Shown one piece after another: positions 1-14,475 of a DNA stretch of 64,000 nucleotides. This DNA is from Octopus vulgaris (taxonomy: Eukaryota): the NCBI GenBank assembly GCA_951406725.2, contig OX597835.1:42842001-42906000 (forward strand), written 5' to 3'. Both the position numbers and the translations under genes were made by a program. Within the stretch, counting starts at the first letter, position 1. Each line of letters opens with the position of its first letter. The notes beneath the pieces were generated by a model that was given only the letters and a program-made list of their open reading frames with translations, was not told the DNA's origin and ran no database searches.

Positions 1-523
1 AGATGACAAGGTGCTGATCTAAGGTTCAAGGGGAAAGAAGGTGAGAATTAATATGTTGCGATATGTTTCAATGAAACAGACAGCACTCTCAATAAAAGCG
101 ACTGACAACAGTTCAATTAGTTCAGTTATATTTTTATATTTTGAAATTCTTAAGTTTTTAAATTTTATAATTTTTAAGCTTTTAAATTTTTTTTATCTAA
201 CCAAAAAGTATAAAAAAGTTAAATATAATATAATAATGTATTATATTATATTTTAACTTTTTTATACTTTTTGGTAAGATAAAAATTTTTCAAAATTAAA
301 AGCTTAAAATTAAAAAAAATTTTTAATTTAAAAATTTCAAAATATAAAAATATAAAAATTTATAAATATAAATTTTAAAATTTTAAATTTTAATAATTTA
401 AATTTTAAATTTTATTTTTATATATATATATATTGTATTAATTATATTTTTTGTTTTTTATGTTTTGGTTTTTGTCTATCACTGTTTGAGTTGCCTAATA
501 GTGGTTTTGTCTCTAATTTAATT

Positions 524-562
<39 letters not shown>

Positions 563-575
563 ATATATCTGTTGT

Positions 576-1030
576 TTTTTACTGTTTACTTGTTTTGGTC
601 ATTAGAGTGTGGCCATGCTGGGGCACTTCTTTCAACAGATTTTAGTTGAATGACCCAACACCAGTACTTAATATATTAAGCTTGATACTTATTCTGTTAG
701 TCTCTTTTGCTGAACTGCTAAGTTATGGAGACGTAAACATACAAAATGGTGTGTTTCTGTCCCTGTAAGCAACAAGCAAGGGGGGACACAAAGGTACACA
801 CACACACACACATATACATACACACACACAAGCATGCATATGCACGTGCATGCACACACACACATATACACAACAGGATTCTTTCAGTTTCCATGTAGCA
901 AATCCAGTCACAAGGCTTTGGTCAACTCGTAACTATAGTAGAAAACACTTGCCCAAGGTTCCAAGCAGTGGGACTGAACCTGGAACCATGTGGCTGAGAA
1001 GTAAACTTCTTACCACCCAATCATGCCCTC
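576..1030 (-). mobile_element. tRNA-derived SINE, family A (internal microsatellite), diverged copy
   Basis: Reverse complement of the element at 10748-11165 and 59423-59850 (head ...gggactgaacctggaaccatgtgg..., tail ...ggccatgctggggcac...). Confidence 0.75.
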
Positions 1031-1074
1031 CCCTGCATATATATTTAAACACATGTGGATGTATATGTATATAT

Positions 1075-1306
1075 ATTTCTTTACTGCCCACAAGGGGCTA
1101 AACATAGAGGGGACAAACAAGGACAGACAAAGGGATTAAGTCGATTACATCGACCCCAGTGTGAAACTGGTTCTTTATTTATCGACCCCGAAAGGATGAA
1201 AGGCAAAGTCGACCTCGGCGGAATTTGAACTCAGAGCGTAACGACAGACGGAATACCGCTAAGAATTTCGCCCGGTGTGCTAACGTTTCTGCCAGCTCGC
1301 CGCCTT
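1075..1306 (-). mobile_element. tRNA-derived SINE, family B
   Basis: Reverse complement of 16950-17180, with B-box-like gagttcaaattcc and core gcctttcatcctttcggggtcgat. Further copies at about 2055-2450(-), 33145-33360, 34031-34230, 34681-34885, 40737-41175, 43510-43660, 44375-44585 and 44860-45410(-). Confidence 0.75.
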
Positions 1307-2622
1307 TGCCATATGTATATATGTGTATATGTATGCCTTTGTTTTGAGTGTGTGTATGTGTGTGTGTTTGTGTGTGTGTGTGTGTGCACATGTGCCAGTA
1401 TACAAGTGTGTTAAATGTCTGTATAAAGCTGTGTCAGGTTTATAATCAAAATCAAATATATCCTGTTTACTCTGTAAATAATCAAATATTGATCACTTGA
1501 GTCAGTAATGAGGTGAGATAATGGTTAAATCTTCTCAAGGAATATCTTCAGAAAAATTTATGTCTGTTGTCTTTGATAGATAGAGGGTTCAATCCATTGA
1601 AAGCTAATCCTGTTAACTATACACTGGAGTCTTCCTGGGTCTATCTCTACCCCAGATTCCTTCAACTGTTTGGGAATGGCACTTCTTCACACATCTCTCC
1701 TCATCCATCAGTAGTACCTGACCATACCAATGCAAACGTCTCCATTGCAGTTCTATATTTAAGAGACAAGGAATTATGTACATTATAGTCTAATCCAATA
1801 ATAGTCTAATCCAGAGTCAATCGTATAAAGATGGGATTAATGACAGGACCATTGTGGAGTCTTGAGTGAAACTCCCTAATGAGAACAATGGCAGACGCGA
1901 TAATATGCTGAACATTAGAAGTGAACAAAGCTACCCCAGGCATACACATACACCTAACACTATCAAAAAATACAATAACAAGAGCCTCATATGTGGGGTG
2001 GCCACCATGGAAGAAGGAAATGCTCTAATGTTAACAACCACACAACACATAATCGTTTCTACTATAGGCACAAGACCTGAAATTTGGGGGAGGGGGATAG
2101 TCAATTACATCAACCCCAGTACACAACTGGTACTTAATTTATCGATCCCGAAAGGATGAAAGGCAAAGTCGGCCTCAGCGGAATTTGAACTCAGAATATA
2201 ACAGCAGATGAAATACTTATTTCTTTACTACCCACAAGGGGCTAAACATAGAGGGGACAAACAAGGACAGACAAACGGATTAAGTCTATTACATCAACCC
2301 CAGTGCGTAACTGGTACTTATTTAATCGATCCTGAAAGGATGAAAGACAAAGTCGGCCTTGGCGGAATTTGAACTCAGAATATAACAGCAGATGAAATAC
2401 CACAAAGTGTTTCGCCCAGCATGCTAACATTTCTGCTGGCTCCCTGCCTTACCCACATGACACATAATAATGCCCAAAGTAATAGGAATTCCATGACTAC
2501 TCTATGGTACAATGCTGGATTTGGGAAACAAATAATTTCCAATATTAAGAAGCAGCTCTCTACTATGATCTAGAAAATTCTTCCCCAGAATTGCTTACCA
2601 GCCACATGCTGCTACTGCTGCT

Positions 2623-2683
<61 letters not shown>

Positions 2684-2717
2684 TTGTTGTTGTAGTAGTA
2701 GTAGTAGTAGTAGTAGT

Positions 2718-2758
<41 letters not shown>

Positions 2759-2921
2759 AAATACAGTGAGAAAGAGGACATGTGAAAGACAGGATTAAAA
2801 TTTGTTTCTAGGTTGTTGTTGAGGACATCAGTGCAATCGTTGGAGAAGGTTTCTGAAGATGGATCGATTTCATTTCGACCAGGTTGTTAACCGGCTGCAT
2901 AAATGACGGGTAACGACTAGT

Positions 2922-3294
2922 TTAACCCTTTAGCATTCAAGCTGGCCATATCTGGTCCAAATATTCTACCTGTTTTATGTTCAAACCAGCCAGATCCAGC
3001 CTCTCACACCTACCCCACAATATCAGTCTAAAAATAACCAGTCACATTATTGAAACTGCAAAGCTACAAGATAATGCAGGATTAGTTGAAAACAATGTGA
3101 ACAAATAAGGATTGCATTCGATAGAGTAAATTGAATGCTAAAGGATTAAATTGGCCATATTAAAGCCCAAATATTCAACCTGTTTAATGTTCAGATTAAC
3201 CAGATCTGGTCTCTTATGGCTACCCTACAATGTCAATCTGAAAATAAACAATCATGTTGCATTTGACAGAGTAATCTGAATGCTAAAGGGTCAA
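2922..3294. mobile_element. piggyBac-like MITE (2922-3149) plus a partial tandem copy
   Basis: TTAA-ccctttagcattc at 2922 and the inverted gaatgctaaagga-TTAA ending 3149. A second right end gaatgctaaagggtcaa lies at about 3279-3294. TTAA target plus CCC terminus is typical of piggyBac. Confidence 0.55.
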
Positions 3295-3782
3295 AGTGGA
3301 TTGAACTATTAAATGGTTCTTCCCACGTTTCCATTGCTTCAGTTACAACACACAGTCTCAGAATAAGGCAATTGCTACACAAGCACAGCTCTAAAAATTG
3401 TTATATTTATGATCTCAGTGCCAACATCGCCATTTCTATATAAACCAGAACTATAGTTCCCAAAATACAATTCCTCACCTTCATTATCCTATTTATAGGG
3501 GTTTCAGGTCTTGGCACAGGACCAGCAGTTTTTGAGGGGAGGGACAAGTGGATTGCATTGATCTCAGTGCTCGGCTGTAAAGATGTAAAGATGGACAAAG
3601 TGTTTAGGTCACATGACTATAGTAGGGGGGAGGCCACATGACTATATTAAGGAGTCACATAACTATAATATATCACATAATTTTTTCTTCAACAGATCAT
3701 TAAAATTCTGCTAAATTACTATGAAACCCACCTTTTTTTCATAATTTCAGTATTCAAAATAAAAAACACAACTTTATACTGT

Positions 3783-3835
<53 letters not shown>

Positions 3836-3934
3836 TGTGTGTGTGTGTGTGTGCATCAGTTGCGGAGACAGGTTCCAAAGTTAGGGGAAGCAAGCACATA
3901 AAAAGAGACACAATGATAGATCATCGTCCTTTTC

Positions 3935-4510
3935 ATCATCATCCTTTAACATCTGTTTTCCCTGCTGGCATGGGTTGGGCAGTTTGACCAGAGAGCTGCA
4001 CCAGGTTCCAGTTGGATTTGGCATGGTTTCTATGGCCGGATGTTCTTCCTAATCTCAACCACTTCACAGTGTGTGCTGGGTGCTTTTTATGTGACACTGG
4101 CATGGGTGCCATTCCATCGTGCTGGCACTGGTGCATTCTATGCGGCATCGGCATGAGTGCTTTTTATGTGGCACCACCACAGGACTTTTGCAGGAGGAGC
4201 AGTATTTACACTTCTACTGTGGAGGACGGGTCTTTTTGAATACAGTAAGGCACCAGATATCTCAGTCCCTTGTCATCTTCTGAGACTGCCCTTCAGTACT
4301 TCAGCCCATGCCTTCCTGGGTCTCCCTCTTCCACGAGTTCCATCCACTTTGAGTGATCAACACTTCCTTATATGGCTGTCTACGTCCATCTGCATCACAA
4401 GACCAAACCAGCGCAGTTTCCTCTCTCTTGCACATCTTATTCCCCTCATCCCCAACTTTTCTCTCAACATACTAAAGCTCTATTGCACATGCACACTTAT
4501 GCTGCACATC
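3935..4510 (-). mobile_element. Degenerate RTE-like LINE 3' fragment
   Basis: (cat)n tail, catgggttgg terminal motif and ORF2 C-terminal-like sequence similar to 15436-16510. Confidence 0.55.
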
Positions 4511-4796
4511 CAGTCAAGTATACACACCAAATAATTATTAACTCATTCCTCTAATATTACATGAAATATTCCATTAGTTGTAATAAACTTAATTGCATTC
4601 TACATTAATTTCATGTCTCATTAACAATCTCATTATGTATGAAGCTTACAACTACTGATAGAGTTGCGAGCATATACGAAGAAAAAAAAAGGCACCATGA
4701 CAGTTTCTAATTAATTTTTCCTATATTACATGAATTATTCCATTTGCTGTAATATCATCATCATCGTTGTCATCATCATCATCATTAGAATCATTT

Positions 4797-5171
4797 AGGT
4801 GCAGGAGTGACTGTGTGGTAAGTAGCTTGTTTACCAACCACATTGTTCAGGGTTCAGTCCCACTGCGTGGCACCTTGGGCAAGTGTCTTCTACTATAGCC
4901 TTGGTCTGACCAAAGCCTTGTGAGTGGATTTGGTAGACGGAAACTGAAAGAAGCTCCTCATATATATGTATGTATGTGTACATGTTTGTGTGTCTAGCAT
5001 TGTTTGACAACCAATGCTGGTGTGTTTACATCCCCGTAACTTTGCGGTGCAGCAAAAGAGACTGATATAAGTACTAGGCTTACAAAGAATAACTCCTGGG
5101 GTCGATTTCTTCGACTAAAGGCAGTGCTCCAGCATGGCCACAGTCAAACGACTGAAACAAGTAAAAGAGTA
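4797..5171 (+). mobile_element. SINE family A
   Basis: ggtgcaggagtgactgtgtggtaagtagc...gggttcagtcccactgcgtggcacc head and ...gaaacaagtaaaagagtaaa tail. Confidence 0.85.
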
Positions 5172-6099
5172 AACGAGCCCATTTTCCATGCTGCCATGAG
5201 TTGGCTGGTTTGGACTGGAAACTGGTCAGCCAGAGAGCTGCCCCAGGATCCCGTCTGATTTTGGTTGGGTTTCTACAGCTGCATGGCCTTCCTAATGCCA
5301 ACCACTCCTTTATAAATATCAAAAAGAAAAAAAAAGAAAAAGAGATTTTAATTTCTATAACCATGAGATTCTTCATTCTCGTTAACCCTTCACCTCTTCA
5401 AAACCATTTTTCAGATGAATCACATTGCCTATGTGTTTACTCATTTATTTACTAATCAATATCTTTAATCTTTCATCTCTTACTCATCTCAGTCATTAGA
5501 CTGTGGCCATGCTGGGGCACTGACTTGAATTTTGAATTGAATGAATTGACCCCCAACACATTTTTTATATTAAAAAATTTTTTTTAATATTTTATATTTT
5601 TATATTTGTATATTTTGTATATATTTTAATATTTTTATATTTTATATTTTTTATATTATCCTATTTCTTATATTTTTATATTTTTCATATTTTTATATTT
5701 TTTATATTTTATATTTTTTATATTATCATATTTCTTATATTTCTATATTTTTCATATTTTTATATTTTTTATATTTCTATATTTTTATATTTTATATATT
5801 TTATATTTTTTATATTTTTATATTTTTATATTTTTTATATTTTATATTTTTTGTATTATCATATTTCTTATATTTTTATATTTTTCATATTTTTATATTT
5901 TTTATATTTTTATATTTTTTATATTGTATATTTTTCATATTTTTATATTTTATATAAAAAATACCTTAGGAATGAGAACCCAGGTTCAAAATTTCCCCAG
6001 CCAAAACGTTGTGTTAACAACAAACAAGATGAGGACAAATATCCATCAAATGTAAATAATGTAAATAATGAACATAATTCCTCGTCTCCTAAATATAGA

Positions 6100-6595
6100 A
6101 GTGCAATGGAGACGTTTGCATTGGTATGGTCAGGTACTACTGATGGATGAGGAGAGATATGTGAAGAAGTGCCACTCCCAGACTGTTGAAAGAATCTGGG
6201 GTAGAGATAGACCCAGGAAGACATGGGACGAGGTGGTCAAGCAAGACCATCGTATGCTGGGCCTCACAGAGCCTATGACAAAAGACCGAGACCTCCGGAG
6301 ATATGCTGTGATTTGTAGTTAAGATACCCGTGCCGGTGACACATAAAAGCACAACCTGATCATGGCCGTTTGCCAGCCACCTCTGGCCCCTGTGCCGGTC
6401 ACACATAAAAAGCACTCACTACACTCACGGAGTGGTTGGCGTTATGAAAGGTACCCAGCTGTAGAAACATTGCCAGATCAGACTGGAGCCTGGTACAGCC
6501 TCCATGGCTTCCCAGACCCTGGCCGAACCGTCCAACCCATGCCAGCATGGAAAACGGACGTTAAACGATGATGATGTTGATGATGATGATGATGA
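6100..6595 (+). mobile_element. RTE LINE 3' end (ORF2 C-terminus, 3' UTR, (GAT)n tail)
   Basis: Translates RRLHWYG...GRDRPRKTWDEVVKQD and ends gtccaacccatgccagcatggaaaacggacgttaaac(gat)n. Confidence 0.8.
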
Positions 6596-6737
6596 ATGGC
6601 ATGTTGTATGAAACTTAAAACTCCTGATTTAATCAACTAACGAGTTAAAAAAAACCTCGTTGGAAAAGCACCAATTCTGAAAGAGGTCCATAGTAGGAGT
6701 AGTTGCCTCCCTTGTTTCCCTTTCAGCTACACCTCTG

Positions 6738-8210
<1,473 letters not shown>

Positions 8211-8216
8211 GCCAAT

Positions 8217-8384
8217 CAGGAGTGGCTGTGTGGTAAGTAGCTTGTTTGCCAACCACATGGTTCCGGGTTCAGTCCCACTGTGTGGCACCTTGGGAAAGTG
8301 TCTGCTACTATATCCCCGGGGCCGACCAAAGCCTTGTGAGTGGATTTGGTAGGCGGAAACTGAAAGAAACCTGTCGTATATATG

Positions 8385-8415
<31 letters not shown>

Positions 8416-8639
8416 ATGTCTGTGCATGTAATATTTGTGTGTCTGTGTTTGCCCCCCTAGCATTGCTTGACAACCGATGCTGGTGTGTTTATGTCCGCGT
8501 CACATAGCAGTTTGGCAAAAGGGACTGATAGAATAAGTACTGGGCTTACAAAGAATAAGTCCCGGGGTCGATTTGCTCGATTAAAGGTGGTGCTCCAGCA
8601 TGGCCGCACTCAAATGACTGAAACAAGTAAAAGAGTAAA

Positions 8640-8642
<3 letters not shown>
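8217..8642 (+). mobile_element. SINE family A
   Basis: Near-full copy colinear with 10748-11165. Confidence 0.85.
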
Positions 8643-8683
<41 letters not shown>

Positions 8684-8940
8684 GCTGGCTTCCGTGCCAG
8701 TGGCACGTTAAAAGCACCGACTAATCGCGGCCGATGCCAGACTCCCCTGGCACCTGTGCAGGTGGCACGTAAAAAGCACCCACTACACTCTCAGAGTGGT
8801 TGGCGTTAGGAAGGGCATCCAGCTGTAGAAACACTGCCAGATCAGACTGGAGCCTGGTGCAGCCTCCTGGCTTCCCAGACCTCGGTTGAACTGTCCAACC
8901 CATGCTAGCGCGGAAAACGGACGTTAAACGATGATGATGA
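8684..8940 (+). mobile_element. RTE 3' UTR fragment
   Basis: gtgccagtggcac repeats, aagcacccactacactctc...ggaagggcatccagctgtagaa and a (gat)n tail. Confidence 0.75.
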
Positions 8941-9363
8941 TGTGTGTGTGTGTGTGTGTGTATATGGGCGTGTTTCAAAATAGTTAAAATCAAACAAGAA
9001 ACAAACGTCAGAGGCAGGTGAGGGAACAACGATCAAGGTGTATTACTTTGATGCTCTGGGAGAATGCAAAAGTCTCTTGGTATTCCAAGCCTACACTCTT
9101 TAACAGAAAGGAACAAAGGGAGAAATGAGTGGGAGAGAGGGGAAGAGAAACAATAAAACAAAGAAAAGAAACGTGTCTGGATTAACATTATATTATATAC
9201 ACACACACACATATACATACATATATACACTTGCAAATTTCATTATTCATATGTGGTGCTATTAAGTTAGACAAGGCCTGGGTCTATACTGCCGAAACCT
9301 ATCAAAGTTATCAAAGTTATATACATACATTCATACACACACACACACATATATATATATACA

Positions 9364-9411
<48 letters not shown>

Positions 9412-9548
9412 CATACACACATACACACATACATATATATATATATATATAAATATCTATCTATCTATTTACATAATATTGAAGTCTCTTTCTTTTGTTA
9501 TCTTACCATTTTTACCAATATATATATATATATCTATCTATCTATCTA

Positions 9549-9596
<48 letters not shown>

Positions 9597-9672
9597 TATA
9601 TATATATTTATATAAACAGCTATGCGCAATGTATTTTTGCTATAGTGACAATTATATATGTGTGTGTATGTG

Positions 9673-9723
<51 letters not shown>

Positions 9724-9962
9724 ATTCGTGTGTGTGCATGTGTGTGCTCATAGATATACCAACACTCAAATACGCATAAACCATCAATCATTCATATACA
9801 TATACATCCATGCCAGTACATGTATTCAATCATCTACTCACACACACACGTGCACACGCACACACATACACCATACAAACAAACAGCTAATTATGTGAAC
9901 ATGCAACAGACAACACAATCAAATCCATTCAATAATGGAAAGTGGACATTAAACAATGATGA

Positions 9963-10028
<66 letters not shown>

Positions 10029-10140
10029 GTATAGTTGTACACGCACACATACCCACTCACATACGCACACACAAGCACACATATGCACACACACATACTC
10101 ACACACACACACACACACACATGCATCACACACATAGTAT

Positions 10141-10188
10141 CCAATAATGGCGCCATTGATTTCAAGTAATCTTTACAAGTTTATAAAA
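10141..10188 (+). promoter_or_regulatory. Putative gene 1 core promoter (CCAAT at 10141, TATAAAA at 10182-10188)
   Basis: TATA box 79 nt upstream of the ATG at 10261, mirroring the gene 2 spacing. Confidence 0.5.
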
Positions 10189-10260
10189 ACCTTTGTGAGT
10201 CTTTAATTGAAGAAACGTCAGAACACAGAGAATAATTTCAATAGAAGGAACTGGTGAATT

Positions 10261-10345
10261 ATGGCGGAACACAAATTGCTTGTTTCTTTGATTCTGACCA
10301 TTCTGAGTTTGGATTTTGTCATCTTGGTGGAAAGTCAGGCAGCAT
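10261..10345 (+). CDS. Gene 1 exon 1: signal peptide MAEHKLLVSLILTILSLDFVILVESQAA, phase-1 end
   Basis: ATG, hydrophobic core and VES-Q cleavage-like site. Donor T|GTAAGA at 10346. 85 nt = 28 codons + 1. Confidence 0.85.
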
Positions 10346-10389
10346 GTAAGATCACAGAATTCTTATTTTGCCATTGTTTGATATTTGTA

Positions 10390-10459
<70 letters not shown>

Positions 10460-10747
10460 AAGATTCCTGATAAGAAATCGTGTGTTGAAACAGATATGGT
10501 TGCATTTTAGGACGGTCATTTCATTTATTTTCTTTTGCCAAATAATTACACACACTGTATATTTTTTCTTCACTCATTTATTACTGTTCTTATTCTACAC
10601 AAACACACACGTATGTCTGGCTCCTCCTGAGCCGGTGGCACGTAAAAGTCACCCACAACACTCTCGGAGTGTCATGGTTAACATATAACAATGCAAATCA
10701 TAAACTGTAACATTCAGTCTGCTCTACTGAATCCATACACACATATA

Positions 10748-11165
10748 GGTGCAGGAGTGGCTGTGTGGTAAGTAACTTGCTAACCAACCACATGGTTCCG
10801 GGTTCAGTCCCACTGCGTGGCATCTTGGGCAAGTGTCTTCTGCTATAGCCCCGGGCCGACCAATGCCTTGTGAGTGGATTTGGTAGACGGAAACTGGAAG
10901 AAGCCTGTCGTATATATGTATATATATATAAAAGTGTGTGTGTATATGTTTGTGTGTCTGTGTTTGTCCCCCTAGCATTGCTTGACAACCGATGCTGGTG
11001 TGTTTATGTCCCCGTCACTTAGCGGTTCGGCAAAAGAGACCGATAGAATAAGTACTGGGCTTACAAAGAATAAGTCCCGGGGTCGATTTGCTCGACTAAA
11101 GGCGGTGCTCCAGCATGGCCGCAGTCAAATGACTAAAACACGGAAAAGAGTAAAGAGAAAAGAGA
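10748..11165 (+). mobile_element. SINE family A, near-consensus copy
   Basis: tRNA-like head, internal (TA/TG)n and (agagtaa) tail; more than 10 copies in the window. Confidence 0.9.
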
Positions 11166-11425
11166 TATAAAACATCCAAGAGTATATTTTTTGCCTCTGA
11201 AAATATTATGCTCCTGTCATATAAATATAAATTTAATATTTACTTATTATTTCTTGAGAATTAATTGAAACAGCTGTAAGGAATGATCATTAATTTGCTG
11301 TTAATAATAAACAATTATTAACTTCCCAATCTCCATTTTCTTTTTCTTCTTTTATATGAATATAAACTATATTTTTACATATACACCTATTATTTTAAGG
11401 AAATTAATTCCCTAAAAATACTAGG

Positions 11426-11465
<40 letters not shown>

Positions 11466-11669
11466 TACAAACATATAGAGAAACAGATAGATAGATAAAT
11501 ACATATATACGTATATACATGTGTGTATGTCTATATATATATATGTATACATGAATGTGTGTATAAATTAATTCCCTAAAAATACTAGGTATATATATAT
11601 ACCAAAAAAGAAATACTAGGTATATATATATACCAAAAAAGAAATACTAGGTATATATATATAACCAAA

Positions 11670-12353
11670 AAAGAAAGAACAATTAAAAACCCTTCCCTAC
11701 ATCTCTACACACAACCCACTCAACAATGAGGCCTTCAACACCATACTACAAAGCACAGCCCTACTTAAGGGAGACCCAAAGATGAACCGGATCCTCGAAA
11801 CACACACCATCATTAAAAGTAAACGGCAACCAAAATCCTTGAAAAGGATTTTAACCCAAGCTACACTGCACTCAACATCAACCACAAAACCAGCAGTTAG
11901 AAAATGTGGAAGGCCCAACTGCGGAATCTGCGACATCTTGAAAGAAGGATCAGAATTTATACTGGAACAAGGCCACCAGTTCACCATTAGAACAAACTTC
12001 ACCTGCGCATCAGAAAACTTAATTTATGTCATAACATGCGCAGGCTGCAATAGGCAGTATATAGGCCATGATCGGATGGTGCTTTTTACGAGCCACCGGC
12101 ACGGGGACCAGACAAAGCTGGCAATGGCCACAGGATGGCGGTGCATAAATCACAAATTAGAAACCCTGATTACCGGAAAATACCAGTCAGCGGACACATA
12201 GATAGATGTGCTGGAAATGTAAATCCGAAATTTACAACTAACCCGCTCTATAAATTCAGTGACAACGCAACCTTCACGCAACGCCAAAATAAAGAACTGC
12301 ATTTCATAAAAAAATTTAAACCAAGTTTAAACACCCCGGGCCAGGAATATTAA
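11670..12353 (+). pseudogene. Penelope-like element: RT linker + GIY-YIG endonuclease, 5'-truncated and disrupted
   Basis: CGRPNCGIC...FTCASENLIYVITCAGCNRQYIG followed, after a frameshifting insert, by RMAVHKSQIR...HIDRC...KELHFIKKFKPSLN. These match PLE GIY-YIG motifs. Confidence 0.85.
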
Positions 12354-13321
12354 AACAAAAGATAGGTCCTCCGAAAAGGAGAAGCAAAATTCCACCACGG
12401 CCGCTACCTTAAACAGTCACTCACACTGATGGAAATATGCCTTAGGGAAAAAAGGGGAAAAAAATTTATAAAAAGATCTCTTCGTACAAATCTAACCCTG
12501 ATGGACTGACCACATACGATATAGCTAAGGGTCAGACCCGATTCTGATTGGTCAACACGTTGATGACGTCTAATTCTGCTAGACTGGACAGGATACAGAC
12601 AAGGGGCAGAGATTAGTCAGAATATTGATGACGTCCTTTTCTGCTTGACTAGTCACCTAACAGGTACAGACAAGGGGCAGATCTAATACAGCTATAAGTC
12701 GTGATTGGTCAGAATTTTGATGACGTCCCGTTCTGCTTGACTAAGCCACCTAACGAAACGATTGGTCAAAACAGGATACAGACAAGAGGCAGTTATAATA
12801 CAGCGATAGGTCACGATTGGTCAGAATGTTGATGACGTCCCGTTCTGCTTGACTAAGCCACCTAACAAAACGATTGGTCAAAACGTTGATGACGTCACGT
12901 TACGCTGGACTGACCAGTGTTATAAAACCTGAACAATTCACAAGATTCGCCAGAATCATCCAGCGAACACCACAGTTGCTCAAGGTAAAAATGAATTCCT
13001 CTCTCTTTCAGGAACATCAGTTTTTTGTATTGACTACATATCGCCGCTTTGATCTGTTTTTTGTATTGGATGCATGTTACCACCGTGAACCGCTGCATCA
13101 TGCACTTTAAACATATAGCATGAACGAACTCACTTCAAACTATATATTTATGAACTTTATGATGTCTGACACCGTTGTGTATTATAAATGAATTTCTTGT
13201 GATTGATAGCATGAACTATCTTTTTTTGATAAGGTTCATTTCAGGAACTGAAACATGTTATAATGTATATATAAAAATTAAAAATTGTATAATATAGCAG
13301 CATTTTCGAACTACATTTTTT

Positions 13322-13325
<4 letters not shown>
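12354..13325 (+). mobile_element. Penelope 3' region/pseudo-LTR with internal tandem repeats
   Basis: Follows the GIY-YIG ORF, contains repeated gattggtca...tgatgacgtc units, and has related copies at about 25520-26470 and 55021-55440. Confidence 0.7.
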
Positions 13326-13368
<43 letters not shown>

Positions 13369-13502
13369 TGCAAACATATAGACAAACAGATAGATAGATA
13401 AATACATACATACATATATACATGTGTGTATGTATATATATATATGTATACATATATGTATACATGTATGTGTGTATAAATTAATTCCCTAAAAATACTA
13501 GG

Positions 13503-13551
<49 letters not shown>

Positions 13552-13571
13552 TGCACAACAAATATTTAAAC

Positions 13572-13610
<39 letters not shown>

Positions 13611-14214
13611 TGCAAACATATAGACAAACAGATAGATAGATAAATACATACATATATACATGTGTGTATGTATATATATATATAAGTATACATGTACGTA
13701 TACATGTATGTGTGTATAAATGTGTGTGTGTGTGTGTGTGTATCTGTATCATCATCACCATCTTCAGCATTCCTCACCATTCCTTGTTTCATTCAACGTT
13801 AGAAATTATTATCCATTATTAAATCTCTGATAGTTTTAGTTTACAATCTGAAAAAAAAAATCATATCAAATTCTTCTACACTCATTTCCTTCATATTTTT
13901 TTCTCTTTTCTGTTTAGTTTCCATCAAATTCTTCAACATCCACTTCATCTTTTGCTCACCCTTGATTCAATTTAACTCAAACATCAGTTAATATTTTTCT
14001 CTGATATTTGTTATTCAATCAAATCACAAACGTTTGCATCATGTATTTCACAGAAACTATTCTTGCTTTTCAAGTCTTAACCATTTCTTTAAAGAATTCC
14101 TTCTTGTCAATGGAAGTCAATGAATTCATAACAATAACTCTGAGCACCTTTTCAAACTCCACCCATCTAACACCCGTGGACATATTTACAAAGTCAGAAA
14201 ACAGCACAGCTCCC

Positions 14215-14475
14215 ATGACTTCAGGAAACATTTTTTCCTGCTGAGAGTTGCTGAAGCATGGAACAAACTGCCGGCATCGGTTGTTAGTTGTCGGAGCACT
14301 GCATCCTTCAAAACTTCCATGCTTCCTGAGATTCGCCAACACTACACTTGATTTTCTCCCGTCCATACACACACACAAGCATGTTCACTTTCCAGACATT
14401 TGTACATTACTGCATATACTTTATATGCACTTTCTGACAAGTTGTGGTGCACCTGAGCACTGTATACAATAATTT
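14215..14475 (+). mobile_element. CR1/L2-like LINE 3' remnant
   Basis: Translates FRKHFFLLRVAEAWNKLPASVV, a typical CR1/L2 ORF2 C-terminal motif. Confidence 0.55.

Noticed and set aside
2563-2781. Cys/Tyr/Ser-rich ORF
   Set aside because: Compound trinucleotide microsatellite (CTG/TTG/TAG/CAG).
12490-12535. Hammerhead-like hairpin in the Penelope pseudo-LTR (CTGATGG...GATA)
   Set aside because: Two core deviations, and the second copy at about 25615-25650 lacks the core.
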